Assembly (NCBI GenBank): GCA_964016885.1
Contig: OZ024743.1
Location: 138,136,001-138,200,000, forward strand
Direction of reading: 5' to 3'
Source: Eledone cirrhosa
Lineage: Eukaryota
Length of the DNA stretch: 64,000 nt
The notes under the pieces were generated by a model, which worked only from the letters and a program-made list of their open reading frames with translations, ran no database searches and was not told the origin of the DNA. Of the stretch, positions 35,640 through 49,100 are shown one piece after another (the stretch's first letter is position 1; every line of letters begins with the position of its first letter). The position numbers were made by a program, and so were the translations under genes.

Positions 35640-38600
35640 GATTGGTGCTTGGTGTTTGGTGCTTGGTGTTTGGTGTTTGGTACTAGGTGCTTGGTGTTTG
35701 GTGTTTGGTGCTTGGTGCTTGGTGTTTGGTGTTTCGTGTTTGGTGCTTGGTGCTTGGTGCTTGGTGCTGGGTGGTTGGTGTTTGGTGCTTGGTGATTAGT
35801 GTTTGGTGCTAGGTGCTTGGGGTTTGGTGTTTGGTGCTTGGTGCTTGGTGTTTGGTGCTTGGTGCTTGGTGTTTGGTGCTTGGTGGTTGGTGTTTGCTGT
35901 TTGCTGTTTGCTGTTTGGTGTTTGTTGTTTGGTGTTTGTTGATTGGTGTTTGCTGTTTGGTGCTTGGTGCTTGGTCTTTGGTGCTTGGTGTTTGGTGTTT
36001 GGTGCTTGGTGCTTTGTGTTTGGTGCTTGGTGATTAGTGTTTGGTGCTTGGTGCTTGGGGTTTGGTGTTTGGTGCTTGGTACTTGGTGTTTGGTGCTTGG
36101 TGTTTGGTGTTTGCTGTATGGTGTTTGCTGTTTCGTGTTTGGTGTTTGCTGTTTGGTGTTTGGTGTTTGCTGTTTGGTGCTTGGTCTTTGGTGCTTGGTG
36201 TTTGGTGCTTGGTGCTTGGTGTTTGGTGTTTGGTGCTTGGTGTTTGGTGTTTGGTGCTTGGTGCTTGGTGCTTGGTGTTTGGTGTTTGGTGTTTGGTGCT
36301 TGGTGTCTGGTGCTTGGTGTTTGGTGTTTGGTGTTTGGTGCTTGGTGTTTGGTGTTTGGTGTTTGGTGTTTGGTGCTTGTTGCTTGGTACTTGGTGCTTG
36401 GTGTTTGGTGTTTGGTGCTTGGTGTTTGGTGCTGGGTGCTTGGTGTTTGGTGCTTGGTGCTTGGTGCTTGGTGTTTGGTGTTTGGTGCTTGGTGCTTGGT
36501 GCTTGGTGTTTGGTGTTTGGTGCTTGGTGTTTTATGCTTGGTGTTTGATGTTTGGTGCTTGGTGCTTGGTGTTTGGTGCTTGGTGCTTGGTGTTTGTACT
36601 TGGTGCTTGGTGCTTGGTTCTTGGTGTTTGGTGCTTGGTGCTTGGTGCTTGGTGCTTGGTGTTTGGTGCTTGGTGTTTGGTGCTTGGTGTTTGGTGCTTG
36701 GTGCCTGGTGCTTGGTGCTTGGTGCTTGGTGTTTGGTGCTTGGTGTTTGGTGCTTGGTATTAGGTGTTTGGTGCTTGGTGCTTGGTGTTTGGTGTTTGGT
36801 GCTTGGTGTTTGGTGCTTGGTGCTTGGTGTTTGGTGTTTGGTGCTTGGTGTTTGGTGCTTGGTACTTGGTGCTTGGTGCTTGGTGTTAGGTGTTTGGTGC
36901 TTGGTGCTTGGTGTTTGGTTTTTGGTGCTTGGTGCTTGGTGTTTGGTGTTTGGTGCTTGCTGCTGGCTGCTTGCTGTTTGGTGCTTGGTGATTGGTGCTT
37001 GGTGTTTGGTGCTTGGTGCTTGGTGCTGGGTGTTTGGTATTTGGTGCTTGGTGCTTGGTGTTTGGTGCTTGGTGCTTGGTGCTTGGTGTTTGGTGCTTGG
37101 TGCTTGGTGCTTGGTCTTTGGTGCTTGGTGTTTGGTGCTTGGTGCTTGGTGCTTGGTGTTTGGTGCTTGGTGATTAGTGTTTGGTGCTTGGTGCTTGGGG
37201 TTTGGTGTTTGGTGCTTGGTACTTGGTGTTTGGTGCTTGGTGTTTGGTGTTTGCTGTTTGGTGTTTGGTGTTTGCTGTTTGCTGTTTGCTGTTCGCTTTT
37301 TGGTGTTTGGTGTTTGCTGTATGGTGTTTGCTGTTTGGTGTTTGGTGTTTGCTGTTTGGTGTTTGGTGTTTGCTGTTTGGTCTTTGGTGCTTGGTGTTTG
37401 GTGCTTGGTGCTTGGTGTTTGGTGTTTGGTGCTTGGTGCTTGGTGTTTGGTGTTTGTTGCTTGGTGCTTGGTGCTTGGTGTTTGGTGTTTGGTGTTTGGT
37501 GCTTGGTGTCTGGTGCTTGGTGTTTGGTGTTTGGTGTTTGGTGCTTGGTGTTTGGTGTTTGCTGTTTGGTGCTTGGTGTTTGGTGTTTGGTGTTTGGTGT
37601 TTGGTGCTTGTTGCTTGATGCTTGGTGCTTGGGGTTCGGTTCTTGGTTCTTGGTGTTTGGTACTTGGTGCTTGGTGTTTGGTCCTGGGTGCTTGGTGTTT
37701 GGTGCTTGGTGCTTGGTGCTTGCTGTTTGGTGTTTGGTGCTTGGTGCTTGGTGTTTGGTGTTTGGTGTTATATGCTTGGTGTTTGATGCTTGGTGCTTGG
37801 TGCTTGGTATTTGGTGTTTGGTGCTTGGTGTTTGTACTTGGTGCTTGGTTCTTGGTTCTTGGTGCTTGGTGCTTGGTGCTTGGTGCTTGGTGCTTGGTGT
37901 TTGGTGCTTGGTGTTTGGTGCTTGGTGTTTGGTGCTTGGTGCCTGGTGCTTGGTGCTTGGTGCTTGGTGTTTGGTGCTTGGTGTTTGGTGCTTGGTGTTA
38001 GGTGTTTGGTGCTTGGTGCTTGGTGTTTGGTGTTTCGTGCTTGGTGTTTGGTGCTTGGTGCTTGGTGTTTGGTGTTTGGTGCTTGGTGTTTGGTGCTTGG
38101 TACTTGGTGCTTGGTGCTTGGTGTTAGGTGTTTGGTGCTTGGTGCTTGGTGTTTGGTTTTTGGTGCTTGGTGCTTGGTGTTTGGTGTTTGGTGCTTGCTG
38201 CTGGCTGCTTGGTGTTTGGTGCTTGGTGATTGGTGCTTGGTGTTTGGTGCTTGGTGTTTGGTGTTTGGTACTAGGTGCTTGGTGTTTGGTGTTTGGTGCT
38301 TGGTGCTTGGTGTTTGGTGTTTCGTGTTTGGTGCTTGGTGCTTGGTGCTTGGTGCTGGGTGGTTGGTGTTTGGTGCTTGGTGATTAGTGTTTGGTGCTAG
38401 GTGCTTGGGGTTTGGTGTTTGGTGCTTGGTGCTTGGTGTTTGGTGCTTGGTGCTTGGTGTTTGGTGCTTGGTGGTTGGTGTTTGCTGTTTGCTGTTTGCT
38501 GTTTGGTGTTTGTTGTTTGGTGTTTGTTGATTGGTGTTTGCTGTTTGGTGCTTGGTGCTTGGTCTTTGGTGCTTGGTGTTTGGTGTTTGGTGCTTGGTGC

Positions 38601-39600
38601 TTTGTGTTTGGTGCTTGGTGATTAGTGTTTGGTGCTTGGTGCTTGGGGTTTGGTGTTTGGTGCTTGGTACTTGGTGTTTGGTGCTTGGTGTTTGGTGTTT
38701 GCTGTATGGTGTTTGCTGTTTCGTGTTTGGTGTTTGCTGTTTGGTGTTTGGTGTTTGCTGTTTGGTGCTTGGTCTTTGGTGCTTGGTGTTTGGTGCTTGG
38801 TGCTTGGTGTTTGGTGCTTGGTGCTTGGTGTTTGGTGTTTGGTGCTTGGTGCTTGGTGCTTGGTGTTTGGTGTTTGGTGTTTGGTGCTTGGTGTCTGGTG
38901 CTTGGTGTTTGGTGTTTGGTGTTTGGTGCTTGGTGTTTGGTGTTTGGTGTTTGGTGTTTGGTGCTTGTTGCTTGGTACTTGGTGCTTGGTGTTTGGTGTT
39001 TGGTGCTTGGTGTTTGGTGCTGGGTGCTTGGTGTTTGGTGCTTGGTGCTTGGTGCTTGGTGTTTGGTGTTTGGTGCTTGGTGCTTGGTGCTTGGTGTTTG
39101 GTGTTTGGTGCTTGGTGTTTTATGCTTGGTGTTTGATGTTTGGTGCTTGGTGCTTGGTGTTTGGTGCTTGGTGCTTGGTGTTTGTACTTGGTGCTTGGTG
39201 CTTGGTTCTTGGTGTTTGGTGCTTGGTGCTTGGTGCTTGGTGCTTGGTGTTTGGTGCTTGGTGTTTGGTGCTTGGTGTTTGGTGCTTGGTGCCTGGTGCT
39301 TGGTGCTTGGTGCTTGGTGTTTGGTGCTTGGTGTTTGGTGCTTGGTATTAGGTGTTTGGTGCTTGGTGCTTGGTGTTTGGTGTTTGGTGCTTGGTGTTTG
39401 GTGCTTGGTGCTTGGTGTTTGGTGTTTGGTGCTTGGTGTTTGGTGCTTGGTACTTGGTGCTTGGTGCTTGGTGTTAGGTGTTTGGTGCTTGGTGCTTGGT
39501 GTTTGGTTTTTGGTGCTTGGTGCTTGGTGTTTGGTGTTTGGTGCTTGCTGCTGGCTGCTTGCTGTTTGGTGCTTGGTGATTGGTGCTTGGTGTTTGGTGC
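35640..39600 (+). repeat. Duplicated block, offset 2588 bp
   Basis: ORF pairs 35803/38391, 35943/38531 and 36041/38629 are identical or nearly so; TTGTAC at 36594 and 39182; TTGTTGA at ~35936 and ~38524. Confidence 0.9.
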
Positions 39601-42600
39601 TTGGTGTTTGGTGTTTGGTACTAGGTGCTTGGTGCTTGGTGTTTGGTGCTTGGTGCTTGGTGTTTGGTGTTTGGTGCTTGGTGCTTGGTGTTTGGTGCTT
39701 GGTGCTGGGTGCTGGGTGGTTGGTGTTTGGTGTTTGGTGTTTGGTGCTGGGTGCTTGGTGTTTGGTGCTTGGTGTTTGGTCTTTGGTGTTTGGTGTTTGG
39801 TGTTTGGTGCTTGGTGCTTGGTGCTTGGTGTTTGGTGCTTGGTGCTTGGTGTTTGGTGCTTGGTGCTTAGTGTTTGGTGCTAGGTGCTTGGGGTTTGGTG
39901 TTTGGTGCTTGGTGCTTGGTGTTTGGTGTTTGGTGCTTGGTGCTTGGTGTTTGGTGTTTGGTGCTTGGTGCTTGGTGTTTGGTGTTTGGTGTTTGCTGTT
40001 TGGTGTTTGGTGTTTGGTGTTTGCTGTTTGGTGTCTGCTTTTTGGTGTTTGGTGTTGGCTGTATGTTATTTGCTGTTTGGTGTTTGGTGTTTGGTGTTTG
40101 GTGCTTGGTGCTTGGTGTTTGGTGTTTGGTGCTTGGTGCTTGGAGTTTGGTGTTTGGTGCTTGGTGCTTGGTGTTTTGTGTTTGGTGTTTGGTTTTTGGT
40201 GCTTGGTGCTTGGTGCTTGTTGCTTGGTCCTTGGTGTTTGGTGCTTGGTGCTTGGTGTTTGTACTTGGTGCTTGGTGCTTGGTGTTTGGTTCTTGGTTCT
40301 TGGTGTTTGGTACTTGGTGCTTGGTGCTCGGTGCTTGGTGTTTGGTGTTTGGTGCTTGGTGTTTGGTGCTTGGTGCTTGGTGCTTGGTGTTAGGTGTTTG
40401 GTGCTTGGTGCATGGTGTTTGGTGCTTGGTGTTTGGTGTTTGCTGTTTGGTGTTTGGTGCTTGGTGTTTGGTGTTTGCTGTTTGGTGTCTGCTTTTTGGT
40501 GTTTGGTGTTTGCTGTATGGTGTTTGCTGTTTCGTGTTTGGTGTTTGCTGTTTGGTGTTTGGTGTTTGCTGTTTGGTGTTTGGTCTTTGGTGCTTGGTGT
40601 TTGGTGCTTGGTGCTTGGTGTTTGGTGTTTGGTGCTTGGTGCTTGGTGCTTCGTGTTTGGTGTTTGGTGCTTGGTGTCTGGAGCTTGGTGTTTGGTGTTT
40701 GGTGCTTGGTATTTGGTGTTTGGTGCTTGGTGCTTGGTGTTTCGTGCTTGGTGCTTGGTGTTTGTACTTGGTGCTTGGTGCTTGGTGTTTGGTGCTTGGT
40801 TCTTGGTGTTTGGTGCTTGGTGTTTGGTGCTTGGTGCTTGGTGTTTGGTGCTTGGTGCTTGGTGTTTGGTGTTTGGTGCTTGGTGCTTGGCGCTTGGTGT
40901 TTGGTGTTTGGTGCTTGGTGCTTGGTGTTTGGTGTTTGGTTCTTGGTGCTTGGTATTTGGTGCTTGGTGCTTGGTGCTTCGTGTTTGGTGTTTGGTGCTT
41001 GGTGTCTGGAGCTTGGTGTTTGGTGTTTGGTGCTTGGTGCTTGGTGTTTGGTGTTTGGTGCTTGGTGTTTGGTGTTTGGTGCTTGGTGCTTGGTGCTTGG
41101 TGTTTGGTGTTTGGTGTTTGGTGCTTGGTGTCTGGTGCTTGGTGTTTGGTGTTTGGTGTTTGGTGCTTGGTGTTTGGTGTTTGGTGTTTGGTGTTTGCTG
41201 TTTGGTGTTTGGTCTTTGGTGCTTGGTGTTTGGTGCTTGGTGCTTGGTGTTTGGTGTTTGGTGCTTGGTGCTTGGTGCTTCGTGTTTGGTGTTTGGTGCT
41301 TGGTGTCTGGAGCTTGGTGTTTGGTGTTTGGTGCTTGGTGCTTGGTGTTTGGTGTTTGGTGCTTGGTGTTTGGTGTTTGGTGCTTGGTGCTTGGTGCTTG
41401 GTGTTTGGTGTTTGGTGTTTGGTGCTTGGTGTCTGGTGCTTGGTGTTTGGTGTTTGGTGTTTGGTGCTTGGTGTTTGGTGTTTGGTGTTTGGTGTTTGGT
41501 GCTTGTTGCTTGGTACTTGGTGCTTGGTGTTTGGTGTTTGGTGCTTGGTGTTTGGTGCTGGGTGCTTGGTGTTTGGTGCTTGGTGCTTGGTGCTTGGTGT
41601 TTGGTGTTTGGTGCTTGGTGCTTGGTGCTTGGTGTTTGGTGTTTGGTGCTTGGTGTTTTATGCTTGGTGTTTGATGTTTGGTGCTTGGTGCTTGGTGTTT
41701 GGTGCTTGGTGCTTGGTGTTTGTACTTGGTGCTTGGTGCTTGGTTCTTGGTGTTTGGTGCTTGGTGCTTGGTGCTTGGTGCTTGGTGTTTGGTGCTTGGT
41801 GTTTGGTGCTTGGTGTTTGGTGCTTGGTGCCTGGTGCTTGGTGCTTGGTGCTTGGTGTTTGGTGCTTGGTGTTTGGTGCTTGGTATTAGGTGTTTGGTGC
41901 TTGGTGCTTGGTGTTTGGTGTTTGGTGCTTGGTGTTTGGTGCTTGGTGCTTGGTGTTTGGTGTTTGGTGCTTGGTGTTTGGTGCTTGGTACTTGGTGCTT
42001 GGTGCTTGGTGTTAGGTGTTTGGTGCTTGGTGCTTGGTGTTTGGTTTTTGGTGCTTGGTGCTTGGTGTTTGGTGTTTGGTGCTTGCTGCTGGCTGCTTGC
42101 TGTTTGGTGCTTGGTGATTGGTGCTTGGTGTTTGGTGCTTGGTGCTTGGTGCTGGGTGTTTGGTATTTGGTGCTTGGTGCTTGGTGTTTGGTGCTTGGTG
42201 CTTGGTGCTTGGTGTTTGGTGCTTGGTGCTTGGTGCTTGGTCTTTGGTGCTTGGTGTTTGGTGCTTGGTGCTTGGTGCTTGGTGTTTGGTGCTTGGTGAT
42301 TAGTGTTTGGTGCTTGGTGCTTGGGGTTTGGTGTTTGGTGCTTGGTACTTGGTGTTTGGTGCTTGGTGTTTGGTGTTTGCTGTTTGGTGTTTGGTGTTTG
42401 CTGTTTGCTGTTTGCTGTTCGCTTTTTGGTGTTTGGTGTTTGCTGTATGGTGTTTGCTGTTTGGTGTTTGGTGTTTGCTGTTTGGTGTTTGGTGTTTGCT
42501 GTTTGGTCTTTGGTGCTTGGTGTTTGGTGCTTGGTGCTTGGTGTTTGGTGTTTGGTGCTTGGTGCTTGGTGTTTGGTGTTTGTTGCTTGGTGCTTGGTGC

Positions 42601-45600
42601 TTGGTGTTTGGTGTTTGGTGTTTGGTGCTTGGTGTCTGGTGCTTGGTGTTTGGTGTTTGGTGTTTGGTGCTTGGTGTTTGGTGTTTGCTGTTTGGTGCTT
42701 GGTGTTTGGTGTTTGGTGTTTGGTGTTTGGTGCTTGTTGCTTGATGCTTGGTGCTTGGGGTTCGGTTCTTGGTTCTTGGTGTTTGGTACTTGGTGCTTGG
42801 TGTTTGGTCCTGGGTGCTTGGTGTTTGGTGCTTGGTGCTTGGTGCTTGCTGTTTGGTGTTTGGTGCTTGGTGCTTGGTGTTTGGTGTTTGGTGTTATATG
42901 CTTGGTGTTTGATGCTTGGTGCTTGGTGCTTGGTATTTGGTGTTTGGTGCTTGGTGTTTGTACTTGGTGCTTGGTTCTTGGTTCTTGGTGCTTGGTGCTT
43001 GGTGCTTGGTGCTTGGTGCTTGGTGTTTGGTGCTTGGTGTTTGGTGCTTGGTGTTTGGTGCTTGGTGCCTGGTGCTTGGTGCTTGGTGCTTGGTGTTTGG
43101 TGCTTGGTGTTTGGTGCTTGGTGTTAGGTGTTTGGTGCTTGGTGCTTGGTGTTTGGTGTTTCGTGCTTGGTGTTTGGTGCTTGGTGCTTGGTGTTTGGTG
43201 TTTGGTGCTTGGTGTTTGGTGCTTGGTACTTGGTGCTTGGTGCTTGGTGTTAGGTGTTTGGTGCTTGGTGCTTGGTGTTTGGTTTTTGGTGCTTGGTGCT
43301 TGGTGTTTGGTGTTTGGTGCTTGCTGCTGGCTGCTTGGTGTTTGGTGCTTGGTGATTGGTGCTTGGTGTTTGGTGCTTGGTGTTTGGTGTTTGGTACTAG
43401 GTGCTTGGTGTTTGGTGTTTGGTGCTTGGTGCTTGGTGTTTGGTGTTTCGTGTTTGGTGCTTGGTGCTTGGTGCTTGGTGCTGGGTGGTTGGTGTTTGGT
43501 GCTTGGTGATTAGTGTTTGGTGCTAGGTGCTTGGGGTTTGGTGTTTGGTGCTTGGTGCTTGGTGTTTGGTGCTTGGTGCTTGGTGTTTGGTGCTTGGTGG
43601 TTGGTGTTTGCTGTTTGCTGTTTGCTGTTTGGTGTTTGTTGTTTGGTGTTTGTTGATTGGTGTTTGCTGTTTGGTGCTTGGTGCTTGGTCTTTGGTGCTT
43701 GGTGTTTGGTGTTTGGTGCTTGGTGCTTTGTGTTTGGTGCTTGGTGATTAGTGTTTGGTGCTTGGTGCTTGGGGTTTGGTGTTTGGTGCTTGGTACTTGG
43801 TGTTTGGTGCTTGGTGTTTGGTGTTTGCTGTATGGTGTTTGCTGTTTCGTGTTTGGTGTTTGCTGTTTGGTGTTTGGTGTTTGCTGTTTGGTTCTTGGTC
43901 TTTGGTGCTTGGTGTTTGGTGCTTGGTGCTTGGTGTTTGGTGTTTGGTGCTTGGTGTTTGGTGTTTGGTGCTTGGTGCTTGGTGCTTGGTGTTTGGTGTT
44001 TGGTGTTTGGTGCTTGGTGTCTGGTGCTTGGTGTTTGGTGTTTGGTGTTTGGTGCTTGGTGTTTGGTGTTTGGTGTTTGGTGTTTGGTGCTTGTTGCTTG
44101 GTACTTGGTGCTTGGTGTTTGGTGTTTGGTGCTTGGTGTTTGGTGCTGGGTGCTTGGTGTTTGGTGCTTGGTGCTTGGTGCTTGGTGTTTGGTGTTTGGT
44201 GCTTGGTGCTTGGTGCTTGGTGTTTGGTGTTTGGTGCTTGGTGTTTTATGCTTGGTGTTTGATGTTTGGTGCTTGGTGCTTGGTGTTTGGTGCTTGGTGC
44301 TTGGTGTTTGTACTTGGTGCTTGGTGCTTGGTTCTTGGTGTTTGGTGCTTGGTGCTTGGTGCTTGGTGCTTGGTGTTTGGTGCTTGGTGTTTGGTGCTTG
44401 GTGTTTGGTGCTTGGTGCCTGGTGCTTGGTGCTTGGTGCTTGGTGTTTGGTGCTTGGTGTTTGGTGCTTGGTATTAGGTGTTTGGTGCTTGGTGCTTGGT
44501 GTTTGGTGTTTGGTGCTTGGTGTTTGGTGCTTGGTGCTTGGTGTTTGGTGTTTGGTGCTTGGTGTTTGGTGCTTGGTACTTGGTGCTTGGTGCTTGGTGT
44601 TAGGTGTTTGGTGCTTGGTGCTTGGTGTTTGGTTTTTGGTGCTTGGTGCTTGGTGTTTGGTGTTTGGTGCTTGCTGCTGGCTGCTTGCTGTTTGGTGCTT
44701 GGTGATTGGTGCTTGGTGTTTGGTGCTTGGTGTTTGGTGTTTGGTACTAGGTGCTTGGTGCTTGGTGTTTGGTGCTTGGTGCTTGGTGTTTGGTGTTTGG
44801 TGCTTGGTGCTTGGTGTTTGGTGCTTGGTGCTGGGTGCTGGGTGGTTGGTGTTTGGTGTTTGGTGTTTGGTGCTGGGTGCTTGGTGTTTGGTGCTTGGTG
44901 TTTGGTCTTTGGTGTTTGGTGTTTGGTGTTTGGTGCTTGGTGCTTGGTGCTTGGTGTTTGGTGCTTGGTGCTTGGTGTTTGGTGCTTGGTGCTTAGTGTT
45001 TGGTGCTAGGTGCTTGGGGTTTGGTGTTTGGTGCTTGGTGCTTGGTGTTTGGTGTTTGGTGCTTGGTGCTTGGTGTTTGGTGTTTGGTGCTTGGTGCTTG
45101 GTGTTTGGTGTTTGGTGTTTGCTGTTTGGTGTTTGGTGTTTGGTGTTTGCTGTTTGGTGTCTGCTTTTTGGTGTTTGGTGTTGGCTGTATGTTATTTGCT
45201 GTTTGGTGTTTGGTGTTTGGTGTTTGGTGCTTGGTGCTTGGTGTTTGGTGTTTGGTGCTTGGTGCTTGGAGTTTGGTGTTTGGTGCTTGGTGCTTGGTGT
45301 TTTGTGTTTGGTGTTTGGTTTTTGGTGCTTGGTGCTTGGTGCTTGTTGCTTGGTCCTTGGTGTTTGGTGCTTGGTGCTTGGTGTTTGTACTTGGTGCTTG
45401 GTGCTTGGTGTTTGGTTCTTGGTTCTTGGTGTTTGGTACTTGGTGCTTGGTGCTCGGTGCTTGGTGTTTGGTGTTTGGTGCTTGGTGTTTGGTGCTTGGT
45501 GCTTGGTGCTTGGTGTTAGGTGTTTGGTGCTTGGTGCATGGTGTTTGGTGCTTGGTGTTTGGTGTTTGCTGTTTGGTGTTTGGTGCTTGGTGTTTGGTGT

Positions 45601-46100
45601 TTGCTGTTTGGTGTCTGCTTTTTGGTGTTTGGTGTTTGCTGTATGGTGTTTGCTGTTTCGTGTTTGGTGTTTGCTGTTTGGTGTTTGGTGTTTGCTGTTT
45701 GGTGTTTGGTCTTTGGTGCTTGGTGTTTGGTGCTTGGTGCTTGGTGTTTGGTGTTTGGTGCTTGGTGCTTGGTGCTTCGTGTTTGGTGTTTGGTGCTTGG
45801 TGTCTGGAGCTTGGTGTTTGGTGTTTGGTGCTTGGTATTTGGTGTTTGGTGCTTGGTGCTTGGTGTTTCGTGCTTGGTGCTTGGTGTTTGTACTTGGTGC
45901 TTGGTGCTTGGTGTTTGGTGCTTGGTTCTTGGTGTTTGGTGCTTGGTGTTTGGTGCTTGGTGCTTGGTGTTTGGTGCTTGGTGCTTGGTGTTTGGTGTTT
46001 GGTGCTTGGTGCTTGGCGCTTGGTGTTTGGTGTTTGGTGCTTGGTGCTTGGTGTTTGGTGTTTGGTTCTTGGTGCTTGGTATTTGGTGCTTGGTGCTTGC
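36200..46100 (+). repeat. Near-perfect tandem duplication, period 5126 bp (733 units minus 5)
   Basis: Five consecutive TTGTAC landmarks (36594, 37832, 39182, 40259, 40762) recur exactly 5126 bp later (41720, 42958, 44308, 45385, 45888). The 611-aa pseudo-ORFs at 36552 and 41678 appear identical. Confidence 0.95.
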
Positions 46101-49100
46101 TGCTTGGTGTTTGGTGCTTGGTGATTGATGCTTGGTGTTTGATGCTTGGTGCTTGGTGTTTGGTTTTTGGTGCTAGGTGCTTGGTGCTTGGTGTTTGGTG
46201 CTTGGTGTTTGGTGTTTGCTGCTTGGTGCTTGGGGCTTGGTGTTTGGTACTTGGTGCTTGGTGCTTGGTGTTTGGTGCTTGGTGCTTGGTGTATGGTGTT
46301 TGGTGTTTGGTGCTTGGTGTTTGGTGTTTGGTGCTTGGTGCTTGGTGTTTGTTGCTTGGTACTTGGTTCATGGTGTTTGGTGCTGGGTGCTTGGTGTTTG
46401 GTGCTTGGTGCTTGGTGTTTGGTGCTTGGTGCTTGGTGTTTGTACTTGGTGCTTGGTGCTTGGTTCTTGGTGTTTGGTGCTTGGTGCTTGGTGCTTGGTG
46501 CTTGGTGTTTGGTGCTTGGTGTTTGGTGCTTGGTGTTTGGTGCTTGGTGCCTGGTGCTTGGTGCTTGGTGCTTGGTGTTTGGTGCTTGGTGTTTGGTGCT
46601 TGGTATTAGGTGTTTGGTGCTTGGTGCTTGGTGTTTGGTGTTTGGTGCTTGGTGTTTGGTGCTTGGTGCTTGGTGTTTGGTGTTTGGTGCTTGGTGTTTG
46701 GTGCTTGGTACTTGGTGCTTGGTGCTTGGTGTTAGGTGTTTGGTGCTTGGTGCTTGGTGTTTGGTTTTTGGTGCTTGGTGCTTGGTGTTTGGTGTTTGGT
46801 GCTTGCTGCTGGCTGCTTGCTGTTTGGTGCTTGGTGATTGGTGCTTGGTGTTTGGTGCTTGGTGTTTGGTGTTTGGTACTAGGTGCTTGGTGCTTGGTGT
46901 TTGGTGCTTGGTGCTTGGTGTTTGGTGTTTGGTGCTTGGTGCTTGGTGTTTGGTGCTTGGTGCTGGGTGCTGGGTGGTTGGTGTTTGGTGTTTGGTGTTT
47001 GGTGCTGGGTGCTTGGTGTTTGGTGCTTGGTGTTTGGTCTTTGGTGTTTGGTGTTTGGTGTTTGGTGCTTGGTGCTTGGTGCTTGGTGTTTGGTGCTTGG
47101 TGCTTGGTGTTTGGTGCTTGGTGCTTAGTGTTTGGTGCTAGGTGCTTGGGGTTTGGTGCTTGGTGTTTGGTGCTTGGTGTTTGGTGCTTGGTGTTTGGTG
47201 CTTGGTGCCTGGTGCTTGGTGCTTGGTGCTTGGTGTTTGGTGCTTGGTGTTTGGTGCTTGGTATTAGGTGTTTGGTGCTTGGTGCTTGGTGTTTGGTGTT
47301 TGGTGCTTGGTGTTTGGTGCTTGGTGCTTGGTGTTTGGTGTTTGGTGCTTGGTGTTTGGTGCTTGGTACTTGGTGCTTGGTGCTTGGTGTTAGGTGTTTG
47401 GTGCTTGGTGCTTGGTGTTTGGTTTTTGGTGCTTGGTGCTTGGTGTTTGGTGTTTGGTGCTTGCTGCTGGCTGCTTGCTGTTTGGTGCTTGGTGATTGGT
47501 GCTTGGTGTTTGGTGCTTGGTGTTTGGTGTTTGGTACTAGGTGCTTGGTGCTTGGTGTTTGGTGCTTGGTGCTTGGTGTTTGGTGTTTGGTGCTTGGTGC
47601 TTGGTGTTTGGTGCTTGGTGCTGGGTGCTGGGTGGTTGGTGTTTGGTGTTTGGTGTTTGGTGCTGGGTGCTTGGTGTTTGGTGCTTGGTGTTTGGTCTTT
47701 GGTGTTTGGTGTTTGGTGTTTGGTGCTTGGTGCTTGGTGCTTGGTGTTTGGTGCTTGGTGCTTGGTGTTTGGTGCTTGGTGCTTAGTGTTTGGTGCTAGG
47801 TGCTTGGGGTTTGGTGTTTGGTGCTTGGTGCTTGGTGTTTGGTGTTTGGTGCTTGGTGCTTGGTGTTTGGTGTTTGGTGCTTGGTGCTTGGTGTTTGGTG
47901 TTTGGTGTTTGCTGTTTGGTGTTTGGTGTTTGGTGTTTGCTGTTTGGTGTCTGCTTTTTGGTGTTTGGTGTTGGCTGTATGTTATTTGCTGTTTGGTGTT
48001 TGGTGTTTGGTGTTTGGTGCTTGGTGCTTGGTGTTTGGTGTTTGGTGCTTGGTGCTTGGAGTTTGGTGTTTGGTGCTTGGTGCTTGGTGTTTTGTGTTTG
48101 GTGTTTGGTTTTTGGTGCTTGGTGCTTGGTGCTTGTTGCTTGGTCCTTGGTGTTTGGTGCTTGGTGCTTGGTGTTTGTACTTGGTGCTTGGTGCTTGGTG
48201 TTTGGTTCTTGGTTCTTGGTGTTTGGTACTTGGTGCTTGGTGCTCGGTGCTTGGTGTTTGGTGTTTGGTGCTTGGTGTTTGGTGCTTGGTGCTTGGTGCT
48301 TGGTGTTAGGTGTTTGGTGCTTGGTGCATGGTGTTTGGTGCTTGGTGTTTGGTGTTTGCTGTTTGGTGTTTGGTGCTTGGTGTTTGGTGTTTGCTGTTTG
48401 GTGTCTGCTTTTTGGTGTTTGGTGTTTGCTGTATGGTGTTTGCTGTTTCGTGTTTGGTGTTTGCTGTTTGGTGTTTGGTGTTTGCTGTTTGGTGTTTGGT
48501 CTTTGGTGCTTGGTGTTTGGTGCTTGGTGCTTGGTGTTTGGTGTTTGGTGCTTGGTGCTTGGTGCTTCGTGTTTGGTGTTTGGTGCTTGGTGTCTGGAGC
48601 TTGGTGTTTGGTGTTTGGTGCTTGGTATTTGGTGTTTGGTGCTTGGTGCTTGGTGTTTCGTGCTTGGTGCTTGGTGTTTGTACTTGGTGCTTGGTGCTTG
48701 GTGTTTGGTGCTTGGTTCTTGGTGTTTGGTGCTTGGTGTTTGGTGCTTGGTGCTTGGTGTTTGGTGCTTGGTGCTTGGTGTTTGGTGTTTGGTGCTTGGT
48801 GCTTGGCGCTTGGTGTTTGGTGTTTGGTGCTTGGTGCTTGGTGTTTGGTGTTTGGTTCTTGGTGCTTGGTATTTGGTGCTTGGTGCTTGCTGCTTGGTGT
48901 TTGGTGCTTGGTGATTGATGCTTGGTGTTTGATGCTTGGTGCTTGGTGTTTGGTTTTTGGTGCTAGGTGCTTGGTGCTTGGTGTTTGGTGCTTGGTGTTT
49001 GGTGTTTGCTGCTTGGTGCTTGGGGCTTGGTGTTTGGTACTTGGTGCTTGGTGCTTGGTGTTTGGTGCTTGGTGCTTGGTGTATGGTGTTTGGTGTTTGG

